64,000 bases of DNA from Eledone cirrhosa (taxonomy: Eukaryota), in NCBI GenBank assembly GCA_964016885.1, contig OZ024741.1, positions 221,960,001 to 222,024,000 on the forward strand. Reading direction: 5' to 3'. Below, piece by piece: positions 10,647 through 23,985 of this stretch. The notes under the pieces are model-generated. The model made no database searches, was not told where the DNA came from, and worked only from the letters and a program-made list of their open reading frames with translations. How positions within the stretch are numbered: the stretch's first letter is position 1; every line of letters begins with the position of its first letter. The position numbers were made by a program, and so were the translations under genes.

Positions 10647-13576
10647 ATGAAGACGTCGCATCTCAGAGTTGCAAAGAGACTAGTCGCAGGCAAACATCTT
10701 AGCTATAAGCTTTTCTGGGTAGGTAAGGATGATGGGTTAGGGGGAGTAGGCATTTTCCTGGCTGAGAGATGGATCAATAAGACAATAGAGGTAGTTCGAG
10801 TTAATAATCGAATAATTAAGCTTAGATTAGTTGTAGGCAGGAGACTACTGACAATCATCTCTGCCTATGCTCCCCAAGCAGGCCTAGGCAAAGAAGAGAA
10901 AGACTGCTTTTAAGAGCAACTTTTACAAACAGCCACAATGACAGAGGACGGAGACATCGTTATGCTAGCAGGGGACTTCAATGGTCATGTTGGACAGCTC
11001 AGGATGGTTACACTGGGGTACATGGTGGGCACGGTTACGGCTCAAGAAATGAAGAAGGAGTGAGACTTCTTGAATTTTGTGATGCAAGTTCACTGACTAT
11101 TTGCAACACTAACTTCCAGAAACCTGCCAACCACCTAATAACCTACAAATCAGGTGAGCACATAAGCCAGATTGACTTCTTACTAGTTAGGCAGCGGGAC
11201 AGGCAGATAGTGTCAAATACCAAGGCATACCCTGGGAAAGAATGTACCCCACAGCATAGGTTAGTCGTTAGTGATATCTCAGTAAGCAAGAGATGGAATG
11301 AGACATACAGGAAGGTGTGGAGAAGAAAGGTCTGGAAGCTAAAAGACCTTTCACTAAAATACAAATTTAGGAAAGCCCTTCAAGATGTGTATGACGAAAA
11401 AGAAGACGTATGACATAGATAATAACTGGAATTTCTTACGTGACAACTTACTGCAGGCTACTGATGAAACTTGTGGCTGGAACAGAGCTCCAACCAGACA
11501 GAGAGTGACCTGGTGGTGGAATAGCACAGTAGATAGGCCAATTAGAGAAAAAAGACTAGCATGGAAAGCTTGGAAAAAGGGTGGGAGTAGAGAAGGATAT
11601 ACAGCCGCTAAGAGAAAAGCTAGACGTCAGGTGTACTTAGCATGCAGGGAGGCTGAGAGTAGGAGGTTTATCAATGTTCTGCGACGGAAAGATCAGAGGC
11701 GTGCGGTGTTCCACATTGCAAGGCAGTGTGTCAATGCAAATCAGGATGTTGTTGGAGATAAATGTGTCCGGGATGATGCCGGTGTACTTAGTGTCACGAA
11801 TGATCAGAAAAAAGAGGCCTGGAAATGTCACTATGAGAGACTGATGAATGTGGAGAACGAATGGGAGAGAGAGAAATTACCCTCAGTAGATCCGACAGAG
11901 GGACCAGCTATTGAGATTGACGAATATAGTGTCCAAGAAGTGATTAAGGAAATGAAGAATGGTAAGGCTGCTGGACCGTCGGGGATAGTTGCTGAGATGC
12001 TGAAGGCATCAGGGGACGTAGGCACTAAACTGGTTGCGCGCATCATCAATCAGGCTATATATGGTGGTGTCATACCCAAAGACTGGTGCAGCAGTATTCT
12101 CATAAATTGCTACAAAGGTAAGGGGGATGCTCTGGAGAGGAGCAATTATAGGGGTATAAAACTGATGGATCAGGTTCTGAAAGTGGCAGAAAGGATATTA
12201 GCATAACTAATTAGAGAAAGGATCAAACCAGATGAGATGCAGTTTGGTTTTGTGCCTGGGAAAAGTACAACAGATGCCCTCTTCTTGGTGAGACAATTAC
12301 AAGAGACGTTCTCAGAGAAGAATAAGCCACTATACTTAACCTTTGTTGACCTAGAGAAGGCCTTTGATAGGGTACCCCGATCTGTCCTCTGGTGGTCCCT
12401 AAGGAAACTAGGTGTTGAGGAATGGCTTGTGAGGACAGTGCAAACTTTGTACAGAGGTACTGTCAGTAAAGTCAGGGTAGGAATGGTGTTTAGTGAGGAA
12501 TTCCAGATACAAGTAGGAGTACATCAAGGTTCGGTCCTCAGCCCGCTCTTGTTCATTATAGTCCTCCAAACCATAACAGAGGAGTTTAAGACTGGCTGTC
12601 CATGGGAACTTCTCTATGCTGACAATCTGGTTCTTATAGCAGAATCAGTAGAGGAGCTAGAGAATAAATTCTGGCTATGGAAACAGCAGTTGGAAGCAAG
12701 AGGACTGAGAGTGAACCTAGCTAAGACAAAAGTGTTGATGAGTATAAAAGAGGACAAAACTCTGATTGCGTCAGAGAAATGGCCATGTTCGATATGCAGA
12801 AAAGGAACTGGCATAAATTCTATAAAATGCACACAATGCAGATCCTGGGTACACAACAGATGTAGTGGGATAGCGGGCAAACTAACAGGTAGGGAGAAAT
12901 ACGTATGCAGTAGATGTACAGGGAAATTAGACAGTAGAAGTCACATTGATAGACACATTTTTCAAATGCAGGCGGGTGCTATAGAAGTGGTGGATAGCTT
13001 CCGGTACCTAGGAGATCAGATTAGCATGGGAGGGGGGGTGTTCTGAGGCCATAGTATCTAGAATAAGGATGGGTTGGAAGAAGTTTAGGGATCTGCTTCC
13101 TCTGCTGATGAAGAAGGGTTTCTCCCTGCGTACGAAAGGCCGGTTATATCATGCCTGTGTGAGGAGCGCGATGCTGCATGCTAGTGAGAGATGGGCAGCA
13201 ACTGCAGAGGATATGCGACGGCTGGAGAGAAATGAGGCAAGCATGCTCTGTTGGATGTGCAATGTCAATGGACATCCATGCTGGGTCGTTGAGAGAGAAA
13301 CTGTGTCTGAGAGGGATAGAATGTAGTGTGCGAGAGAGGAGACTGCGGTGGTATGGATATGTGATGTGCATGGAGGATGACTGATGGGTGAAGAAGTGCC
13401 AGGAAATGCCAGTTGAAGGAAGACGTGGTAGAGGTAGACTATGAAAAACATGGGTGGAGATGGTGTGAACAGACCTCAGATCGCTGAAGCTCATGGTGGA
13501 GATGACGAAGGACCATGACAAGTGGAGAGATGCTGTTCTGAATAAGACCCGTCCCACCCTTGCAAGCAGACGTAAA

Positions 13577-13608
<32 letters not shown>
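10647..13608 (+). mobile_element. Near full-length RTE-clade LINE (APE endonuclease, RT with PHD-like finger), degenerate
   Basis: GGVGI, ISAYAPQ, GDFNG, SQIDF, QHRLV (EN); GKAAGPSG, QFGF, FVDLEKAFD, GVHQGSVLSP, YADN, FRYLG (RT); (GAT)n tail; several stops and frameshifts. Confidence 0.95.
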
Positions 13609-13609
<1 letters not shown>

Positions 13610-14822
13610 AACATGTATACTTTTTATTTGGTATTCATTTAGTTTACTTCATCAGATTTTATTAGCCCCTTCTTATGAAATACAATTGATTATTGACCTC
13701 TGCAGTTTCTCTCTAGCAAATTCCACTCATAAGTCATTGGTCAACCCGAGGCTATTGTATAAGACACTTACTCAAAGTGTCAAACAGTAGGACTTAACCT
13801 AAAACCATGTGGTTGCAAAGCACCTATTACATAATTAAACTCTACTATTGGTATTGAGTGCACTTAATTGTTTATTTTGAGGATCTTTTAAAAATTATTA
13901 ATAATTTTGTTACTAAGAGAGTAACATAACACAGGGTTCTTATTTAAAATAATGGTGAAAGAGTTACATTTGAACAAGACCCTTTAAAATGGGTGGTTTT
14001 GTTTTACATAAGAGCCTGTGTAGCCAGATTGATATAAAATGGATTAAGGTTAATTTGATAAATTTTTCAGTGGTCACATGAAACATGAAATATCAGTATT
14101 TTTATTTCTTATATATATATATATGTGTTATGTCAAGAGTTTCCAAAGAAAGGATGCAGGAGAAAGAGCATTCTATGATATCAACAGTGTTGAAATACTG
14201 TTAATGTCTGAGGTTTCAAAACATACCCCTATATTAGCCATAAAGTTTTATTATAGTTAACTTTATGGTTAATAAAGAGCATGTTTTGAAACCTAAGGTA
14301 GTCTTGAACTGTATTAAGCAAACATTAATAATTGTTTCTACTTTAGGCACAAGGCCAGCAATTACTCCAGTGCATTACTGGTACTTTATTTTATCGACTC
14401 CGTAAGGATAAAAGGCAAAGCTAATCTTGGTGGGATTTGAACTCAGAACTTAAAGGGCCATAATTCTATGTTGCAAAGCATGGTGTCTGACACTCTAACA
14501 ATACTGCCAAGACAATGCAAATTACAAGTCGACATAACCACACATCTCTCCATCTCTCTTAACTAGAAAATCATGAAACTTGTGAAACTGATAAGTTATA
14601 AGTTATTGTAAATACCTTCTTAAAGACTCCAATTGTATTTTCAAATTCTTTTACTTATATTTTTACCCATGTTGGATATATTAAAAAAAAACCTTACTTT
14701 TGAATATGTAAGAGGGTGTTGTAGTTTGTTTGATGCAATTCACATTGTGGTAGCCTTCTAACAAAACGCTATTTTGCTATTTTATGTGTGTGATTATATA
14801 TAAATATATATATATATATATA

Positions 14823-15780
14823 CTAGCTGAATTACCCGGCGAAACCTGGTTACTGCTGTTCTTATTCAGATTAGTAAACAACAAATATGAAGATATGTTT
14901 TTTTTTCTCATCATTATTTTAAAATATCTATATTTTATTTTTAAAATATCAAAATTGTAATGATAATAGAATTTAGAAATGAAAATCTGAAGCACCTTAG
15001 AGTAAACAATATTCATTGTGTAATTTTTTGTTGGTGTCCAAATGAATAAATTGTTGCTACACACTCACACACATACTCTCATATACATATACTAAGACAG
15101 ACACACACAGACACATGTATAGCTTTTCACCTCATTTTTTGCTACATATGTGTAGATGTTTGTGTGTATCTAATCTTGTACCTAATGAATGCGCGCACAC
15201 ACACAGTCACAGACACATGCATATTCAGATACAAAATGTGACGTCATTGTGTTGTTTTCTATTATTTTAATCCAAATGAAAATAAAAATTATCACATATA
15301 CACTCACACACACATACACTCACACATACACACACACATACACTCACACACACATACACTCTAACATACACTCACACACACACTGTCACATACATATACT
15401 AAGACAGACACACACAGACATACATTCATGCACACCTGTCTGTCATCACATATGTATCTGTATGTGTAGATGTGTGTGTTTAATTTTCTGAGGCCTAACG
15501 TTAAAATAAAAATTATTACACATACATATACTAAGACAGACACACACAGATATACATTCACGAATACCTATTACTTGGGTAGATGTGTGTGTGTGTTTAA
15601 TTGTCTGTGTATGAAGATAATGTGTATGCAACTTACTAAGGCTATATGTATGTGTAGATGTGTGTGTTTAATTTTCTGAGGCCTAACGTACGTAATGAAC
15701 TTGCAAACACACTCACAGACACATACACACTCATATGCAAAATGTGACGTCGTTGTCGTCATGGTTTACTATAGTTCACT
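14823..15780 (-). mobile_element. Non-autonomous Helitron-like element with CA-rich internal repeats
   Basis: Minus-strand 3' end: imperfect hairpin (ACCCGGCGAAACCTGGT on +) about 10 nt before CTAG at 14823-14826. 5' boundary approximate. Confidence 0.55.
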
Positions 15781-15805
15781 ATAGTAAGGTTATTTTAGAT
15801 AAAAC

Positions 15806-16439
15806 TAGCAGAATGGCCCGGCGTTGCTCGGGATTTGCTCTAGGGTTCTTATATATTTGATACATATTTATCCTTATCGAGCCTCGTGAAATAAATACGT
15901 TTGTTTATATTTTGTTATTGTGTATGCAAAAATATCTACACGAATATATAATTATATATATATATATATATTAAAATAACAGATTAAAGTTTAAGCAAAG
16001 AATCACTGCTTTCACCCTTAACAGGATCTTCTGAAACTAAAAAAATCAATCTGTGAATGCAGAAGTAAATATTTCGAAAAACGTTACACACTATATATAT
16101 ATATACACACTATATATATACATATATACACACACATATAGCGTCATAATGTAATGCAGACAGCCAGACATACAGACAGATATTATAAGGGCGCAACGTT
16201 ATATCTATGTATCTATCTAAAAAGAAAGACTAAGAATTATAGAGAGAGGTCGCTAAATCGCCTAATGCGGTCCCTAGGGCATTGAAAATTTGAAATATTT
16301 TTTGCTCAAAACACTCACAGGACCATAAGTATTACATGTGTAAAGTTTGAAAACAATTGGTTGGGTGGTTCTCGAGTTTTAGGGAGTCAGACAGACAGAC
16401 ATACAAACAGACAGACATTCTCTGTTTTAGATATATAGA
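15806..16439 (-). mobile_element. Non-autonomous Helitron
   Basis: 3' hairpin (CCCGGCGTTGCTCGGG on +) next to CTAG. 5' end TCTATA followed by (CTGT)n on the minus strand. 16140-16430 is homologous to 25100-25378. Confidence 0.7.
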
Positions 16440-16812
16440 TGTCAGATAGACAAAGAATTTTATATAAGAATGTACATCATTTTGGGTGGGGGCGATATTT
16501 CTTTCCAGGTCAATGTTTTCTGATGGTATACAGTATTTAATAATGCTATTTTTTGATCCTCTACTAATCTAAGTATAACATAGACACTAATTAAGTATAA
16601 GTATTGAAACATATATAAATGATTTGAAAGAATTCATTTCTGTCTTCTTTTATATATATAAAGGGTGGGAGAACTTAGTCGTGTCAAGGACATAACAGCT
16701 ACCCTAGTGATGGTGATCTACACAATAAAAGCACCCAGTACATGCTGTAAAGTGGTTGGTGTTAGGAAGGGCATCCAGCCATAGAAAGCTTGCCAAACTA
16801 TGTAAATCTTGT

Positions 16813-17990
16813 GTACTCAAAAGATGTTGTGGGATAATGAGTAGACGAACAGGAAGGGAGAACTTTGCATATAGAAGATGCACAGGAGAAATCGAGAGGA
16901 AGAGTGCCAATGATATAAAACTTTTCCAATCACAGGAAGGTTCCATAGATTCTGATATCTAGTTGACCTAATTAGCAGCAGAGGAGGGTGCACCGAGAGT
17001 TTAATAGCTAGAATAAGGAGAGGATGGAAGAAGTTTAGAGAATTACTCCCACTGTTGACAACAAAAGGTTTCTCTCTATGTACAAAAGGAAGACTGTATG
17101 ATGCCCGTGTGCAGTGCGTGATGCTGCATGGTAGTGAAACATGGGCTGTGACTGCAGTGGACATGCGTAGACAAGAGAGAAATGAAACAACTATACTTCG
17201 TTGGCTCTGCATTGTAGGTGTGAGAGAAAGACAGCTTGGACGAACTAAGGGAGAAGCTGGGTTTAAGAGGAATCAGAGGTGGTGTGCAGGAGAGAAGACT
17301 GCATTGGTATGGACATGTGATGCACACAGACTATGACTGATGGGTGAAGAAATGTCAAGAAATCCCAGTGGAAGGAAGCTGCATTAGAAGACAACTAAGA
17401 AAAACCTGGGCAGAGGTTGTGAGAGCTGACCTCAAATTGTTGAGACTGCCAGAGGAGATGATGAAGGAATGCGACAAGTGGAGAGATGCCATGCTGAGAA
17501 GGACCCATCCAACCCATGCAAGCATGGAAAGCAGACGTAAAAATGACGATGATGATGATGATTATGATAGAAAAGTAAACAAGGCCTTGATACCTTCATA
17601 GAAATGGTCCTGCTCAGTGAGTAGGAAAGGCGTGGATAGAAATTCCATCTGCTGTACCAAAGGCAAACTATGGGTACACATGAGATGTAGCAAAATCTCA
17701 ACTAGGGTAGCAAAGAATGTAGTTTTACATGTGGTTGATGCACAAAAGCAGTAAGCAGCAAGTACTCACAAGAAACAAGATCTATCAAATTCTAAGAAGG
17801 TTCTGTAGAAGCAGTTTACAGCTTCTGTTTCCTGGGTGACCAAATTAGTAGTGGAGGTGGGTTGTTCCGAAAGTACAGTAGCCAGAGTGAGAATGGGATG
17901 GAGAAAGTTCAGGGAGTTACTACCGCTGTTAGCTACAAAAAGTTTTTCCCTCAAAATGAAGGGCAAATTGTCTGATGCGTGTATACAAAC
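16813..17990 (+). mobile_element. Two tandem RTE LINE fragments (16813-17566 with GAT tail; 17567-17990)
   Basis: GWRKFRELLPLL, MLHGSETW, KTWAEVV and PHD-region remnants. Confidence 0.85.
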
Positions 17991-18550
17991 AGAGTATGTG
18001 GATAGATTTCGCTACATATATAGTATATATGATTTGCAATGAAACTGGTGGCAAGCTGGCTTTTATTTGACTTTTTATAAATGGATATTTACAGGCTTCA
18101 AAGACACCTCTGTTTTTTTTTCTATTTCTAAGGTATTTTACCCAATTTCCTCAACAACTATTATTAAGTATTCGACTATTCTTATAGTCAGTTACGTTAG
18201 GACGACTTCATATTAAATATATATATATATGTAACCAAAAATTCTGCGCGAGAAAAGAGACACAAATACGATATACATGTGTGTATATGTATGTTTACGT
18301 TTGTATTTTTATTCCGTAAATCTGACAGTTCGTAAAAAAAGGATAGATAAAATAAGTACCAGACTTGGAATAAAGTACTGGAGTTGATATGATCGACTAA
18401 ACCCATTGAAGTATATGCTACAGCGTGATCGCAGTCCAATGATACAAATCAGCAAAGGAATAAAAGAATAAACGAATACAATTCGTATAAATAAGGAGGA
18501 GCTCGGTGTTAAGGGAGGCAACTCTATAAAAACAAAAGAGTTGAAAACTA

Positions 18551-18640
18551 TTTGGCGGGATATTTATAACTTTGTATGAATTGTTAGATACATTTCTTTA
18601 TTTCAATGAACCGGTGTACATTATTAATATTTCGCCAATA
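18551..18640 (+). promoter_or_regulatory. Putative E2F sites upstream of the BRCA1 start codon
   Basis: TTTGGCGGGA at 18551-18560 and TTTCGCCA at ~18630, in AT-rich DNA 110-190 nt before the ATG. Confidence 0.4.
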
Positions 18641-18741
18641 TTAGTTTATTAGCAGTAGATTTCATTAAGAAAAAATAACTGTTAATTTAATTGAATTTAT
18701 TACTGCTGTAAGAAAACATTGACAACTTTATTTTTTCCGTA

Positions 18742-18806
18742 ATGAGTCAACAGAAGATTCACAAAATTCTAAACAGTATGAAGAAGAATATGGACTGTCC
18801 AATTTG
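18742..18806 (+). CDS. BRCA1: BRCA1 orthologue, coding exon 1
   Basis: MSQQKIHKILNSMKKNMDCPI(C), ending TG|GTGAGC in phase 2. Parallels vertebrate ..VINAMQKILECPIC, including the intron position. Confidence 0.85.
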
Positions 18807-19202
18807 GTGAGCCAACTTAAATAGATACGCACATACATACCCTCTTTACCTGTTTTTACCCCTTATCGATTTCTATATAAAGTTCTGGGTATTCGCTTTT
18901 CTAATCGATAGATTAATTGGTTGAGTGTTGGGAATAAGTTACCCCACGTAACTAGTCATAACTTTATTTGTTAATTTTTTTCAACAGGTTTTTCTTTTGC
19001 ATTCTACATTTTAGAGTATTTTAATCTATTTCTTATATAGTTAATTTTGGTATCGGTTATAATATTCATAGTTGTTGCAGACAATACGGGAATCGCAACC
19101 TCAAGGTTTTAAAAACCTTCGCTAAGTACAAACCACTACCTCCCTACGGGACAACTGACGCTGCACACCAGGTCCGAACACGGAAGAGCCGAACTCCCAC
19201 TG

Positions 19203-19930
19203 TCATTGCCTCCATCTCTCTCTATTATGAGCAAATGGGGTCCCACGTGCTGGCGGACAGAATGGAGAAGGCGTTTCACCGGAGGATGGTAAGGAAGATG
19301 CGCTGGAAGAGCCATTCCATCTCGCGTGGCTCGCCAGCTCAGCGCCTATGGTGGCAAGTAGAGAGCTAGCCCTAGGACCAAGAACACCAGACGTTTCCAC
19401 TGCTAGGGGCTCGACTGCAAACTTGTCGGAGAGCAACCGATACTTGGAGAGTTTACCCTCCTCAGCTCGAAGTGCAGCAGAACCTGGGTTAGTCGCAGCT
19501 GCACCAGGTTGCCACTGTAGAATGTGTCGCTGCAAGTGGCATCATAGTCGAGGGGTTTACCACCGCGGAACAAGGATAGTCAGCCCACCGGCTCGAGCAG
19601 GAGGGGGGGGGGGCTGCAGCATTCAAGCCATGCTTTATGACCTCGTTGAGGGCAGCCGACACTAGCGACAGGAAAGCGGGTGGGGGCCGAAAGAGTCCAC
19701 GGTGGATCCGCAGCGACATTTGTGTGGCTCGCAGATCCGGAGGCCAAGCCTCAGGGAAACCTCGATGCGCAGGCTATCGTTGTCCATCTGCGTGCCAGTG
19801 GATAAGGAGGGTAGGCATGGAGCCAGGCACCGCTGTGGGGTTGTGAGGCCGCGCGAAAACATGCAAGGTGGTGCTGGTTGAGATGGCGCGCTAGCCTGTC
19901 TGAGGCCAGGTTGTACTTAAATAGGGAGGA
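19203..19930 (-). mobile_element. CRE-clade (restriction-like endonuclease) non-LTR retrotransposon 3' fragment
   Basis: [38 protein letters not shown] (zinc knuckle), AALNEVIK and AEEGKLSKY..FAVEPLAVETSGVLG across frameshifted pieces. GC-rich relative to the host. Confidence 0.75.
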
Positions 19931-20375
19931 CATTTACAACCCTGCAAAATAAAATTTAAAAAACTCTCCTTCCGCCGTACATTTTCGTTGTTGGCTGTTA
20001 TTTCTAGTATGTTGAGTGTCTATGTACAGGCTCCTTGGTTCGTGGAGAAATAACAGAAAGTAGGGCTGGGTGTAACGTGAGGGAGATTTAGCTGTGAATT
20101 TATCGATTTGGCTGCTATTTCTAATATGACGAAAGTCCATTTAGATGTAACTATCAAAATGGAGGAGACTGGGGTGAGAGTGAGACTTAGCTGTTGAGAA
20201 ACTACATAGGGGTAATAGCAGAAAGGAGGGCTAGGATGTCACGCGAGAGACTATATATAGATAAATAGTAGGGCAGGGATGTTATGTAAAGGGGATTTGG
20301 GTCCTTTTTCTGGTAATTCGAGGGATCTAAACTATGGCAATGAAGACGTGAACCAAATATTTTCATTATTGTATA

Positions 20376-20561
20376 GGATTGGCAGTATCGGTAGAGGGTC
20401 GGGCGCCATGCTTTGAAGCATAGAGTTACCTCCCTTTATGATCTGAGTTCAAATCCCGCCGAGGTTAACTTTGCCTTTCATCCTTACCGGGTCGATAAAA
20501 TAAAGTACCAGTAATGCACTGGGATAATTGCTGGCCTGGTGCCAAAAGTAGAAACAATTAT
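20376..20561 (+). mobile_element. tRNA-derived SINE
   Basis: Reverse complement of the 155-344 copy, with A/B-box-like motifs. Confidence 0.8.
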
Positions 20562-21589
20562 TGTATAGTTCTGTTCGTTTATGTTTTCATTTATTGAATA
20601 TTTTCTATCAGTGTTGTCATACCTTCCAATCAATCAGGATATATCATAAATTTTATATATTGGATGCAAGGGAAAACAGACTTTAAATGATGATATTTAT
20701 TATCATCATTTAACATCTATTTTCCATGTTTGCATGGGGCCAGACGAGTTGCCATATTATGGGGCCAGACAGGTTAGGTGACCACGTCTTGCTCATTTAA
20801 TTCGTTTTTTTTTTGTTTTTTTTTTAATACTGTTGGATGTCTCTCCTAACGCCAACAACCTTACAGGGTAGACTGGGTGCTTTATTGGTCGTGGCACCAG
20901 CCCGATCACCTTAGAGTGCTTTTTTTTTGTCATCGATGTCCACTTTACCTGTTGGCAAGGGTTGGACGCATCTATATAGATGAAATCGGTACTGGAGTGG
21001 GGCTACTAATCTAGACGAGCTGGGGGAGGGCTGCATCTCACACATTCTTACATTATATCAAATGCACAGGGGAGGTTGTCATGTATTTGACACAACACCT
21101 CTCATCTCTTTGTTTGGCAGGCTTTCTATGGCAGGATGCTCTTTCTCTCACCAACCATTTTACTGTGTGTGTTGGGCGTGTTTATCGTGTAGTTCACCAA
21201 CACTGGGTAGGCTGTCATGTCCTTACATGACTGGAGGGTCCTCCCACCCCTTTGTTTGGCAAGCTTTCTACAGTATTTGGTGTTTTTAGTTGTGTTGGAC
21301 TGCAGCTAAGAAATGGCAAAGAGGATGAGGGGCAAGGATGGAGTGGGGGGTGTAGTGGTGGAGAGGATAACAGCTAGTAGAAGGGGCATGGGGGAAGAGA
21401 GTAGCTACTAGGACGTGATAGTGAGAGTATCAAAGAGCTTTTAAGGAGGCAGTGGTTAAAGGCTGAATGCTGGAAGAGGCATGGGTGGGGTGGTGTAGTG
21501 ACAGTGAGGATAGCTGCGAGGTAGTGGTGGTGGACATGGGCATAAGTCAGGCCACATTGTATGTTGTTGGCTGAATCTTCATCAGTACA

Positions 21590-22012
21590 GCATAGCGCCA
21601 GCCCCTGCAGTCCTTTGTCATTTCTGTTGTGAGATTTAGTTTTTTAAAGTTAGTCTTCACAACCTTATCCCATGTCTTCCTTGGGTTCCAGCCACTGGAG
21701 TGTCTCTGCATTTCTTTATGCAGCTGCTATCTTCCATACACATCACATGTCCATACTAATGTAACCATCTCTCTTGCATGCTGCATCCAATTTATTTTAT
21801 ACCAAGTTTCCACTCAGTTTCCTAATGCTATGTCTTTCATGCACACTAACATTACATATCCATCGGAGCATACTTGATTTGTTTCTTTCTAGCCTCTGCA
21901 GGTCTTCTGTGGTCAAAGCCCATGTTCCACAGCCATGTAACATTGCAATTCGCACACAGGCATAATATAGTCTACCCATCACTCTGAGAGAAAAGCCCTT
22001 TGTCAGCAGCAG
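21590..22012 (-). mobile_element. RTE LINE 3' fragment
   Basis: LLTKGFSLRVMGRLYYACVRIAMLHG..LQRLERN. Confidence 0.8.
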
Positions 22013-22574
22013 TAACAGATAAATATACATATAAAATCTATACTATAAGAGCCCTGTCTGTCTGTCATGCTCTCTGTATAGAGAGAGGGAAATCCTACAC
22101 CACCCCCTCTCTCTCTCTGACTAAAACAATGTGCAAACCGACAAAAAGAATAGGAATATGGAGGTTTTTTTGTTGTTTGTGTGTGGGTTTCTGTATGTCC
22201 TTCAACATATAGGCAGCCCAACAGACTTTAAAAAAAGACTTTCACTCTAATGACAGGTGTTTGTTATTGAGAGAGCAATACAATGAGAGAGTGTTTGTGT
22301 GTGAATGATAGATAGAATTAAAATTTGTTTCAAGTAAAAAACAACAGGTGGTTGTTATTGAGAGAGAGAGAGAGAGTAAATGTGTGTAAAAGATAGATAG
22401 ATGCATAGAGAGAGTTGTCACCACACTAACTGTTTTGATTGATTGAAAATGGGGGGTCGGGGGTTAAGTGCAAGTTTTTCAACACTTGTGGCAAAAACGT
22501 GTGGGAGTTTCTGCATGTCCTAAGGAAAACCCAGGCTACAACTAATATGTATAATATGTGTATATAAACACACT

Positions 22575-23195
22575 AATATACGTGAACGACAAAGCATAAA
22601 TGAATTGAGAGAGAGACTGAGCATAAGAGGAATCAAATGATGTGTGCAGGAGAGGCAGTTGCGCTGGTATGGACATGTGATGCGTATGAAGGATGACAGC
22701 TGCATGAAAAGGTGCAGAGCACTAGAAGTTGATGGAAACCGCGGAGTGGGGAGACCCAAGATGACCTGGGATGAGGTGATAAAAGCCGACGTTACCCAAT
22801 TACACCTCTCAAAGACAATGACACACGACCGTGACTTCTGGCGTCACGCAGTAATACAGAGTACCCGACCTCCCATGGGTACATGCTGAAGCATATAAAC
22901 AATATGCCCCCACACCCCCCACCGCAAGGTGGTCGTGGAGGTGCCACGGCAAAAAAAAGCACCCAGCCCACACTGTAAAGTGGACGTGTAGGCGCCACGA
23001 AAAAGCACCCAGCACTCACTGTAAATGAGGTTGGTGTTAGGAAGGGCATCCAGCTGTAGAAATCAAGCCAGATCAGTTCCTGTATGAGCAAGGCATGGTC
23101 AGCCGACCAGACACTGCACACAACAGGACAACCCGTCTAACCCATGCTAGCGTGGAAGAACGGACGTAAAACGGTGATGATGATGATGATGATGA
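22575..23195 (+). mobile_element. RTE LINE 3' end with long 3' UTR
   Basis: LRWYGHVMRM..GRPKMTW, UTR and (GAT)n tail. Nearly identical to 30365-30994. Confidence 0.9.
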
Positions 23196-23389
23196 CATAT
23201 ATATATATTAGCTGAGTAGCCTGTCGTTGAGCAATAGTATACATTTATTTCAATTTTTTTTGTTAAGGTATTGTTCTCAAAATAAATACTTTCAAAATCT
23301 CATAGATTCGATATTATGTGAGATAAAGCATTTACCATGAAAATATAATAGTATATATAGAGTAATGTGAATGATTAAGGGTTAAATCA

Positions 23390-23985
23390 TGTGTAGATAC
23401 ATATTTTTCACAACCATTGAGTGCCGATGCATAGCCTTGGTGGGTCCAAATTCCTCAATCAATAACAGGTGAAGGACACGAGGAGGCATTCCTGGTGGTT
23501 TTAAAGAATTGAGGAACTGTGTTGAGTAATTGACAGATTCTGACTGTTCCGCTACAGTACCGACAGATCGATTGAGCTTCGAAACCTTTGGTTTTTTTTT
23601 AACAGCTCTTGATTTACTAATTTCACAGTCACATTTTTCGGGGCCAATATAGCCCTTTCACTGAGCCACTTGTGACTTGCGAACTAATAGTCAAGATTAG
23701 GGAACACTTTTTCTATGAGATGGAATAATGATTCCACCATTGTGCCTATGAGACTTATATCAATAGCTCCCTTGCTATCTACAGGAAGTTTTTCATCCCC
23801 AAGCATTAATAGATTCTCGGCGAACTGCTCCAATTGTTCGTCTCTACCAAAATATGCGCCCATATTAGCAAACTTCAAAACTTTGATAGAAGTATAAAGT
23901 GTCGTTTATTTTTTTCAAACAGGCTCGGGTTGATTAATCCTATTGCCTTTTGGAATGACTGGGAGAGTTTGTCTAAAATCTCCTC
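23390..23985 (-). mobile_element. Helitron PIF1-like helicase fragment
   Basis: GDFRQTLPVIPKG, QFAENLLMLGD, RAILAPKN and FLNSLKPPGMPP in broken frames. Confidence 0.8.

Noticed and set aside
14600-14780. Minus-strand exons of a gene divergent from BRCA1
   Set aside because: One plausible 60-nt AG..GT segment, but no recognisable protein or linked exons.
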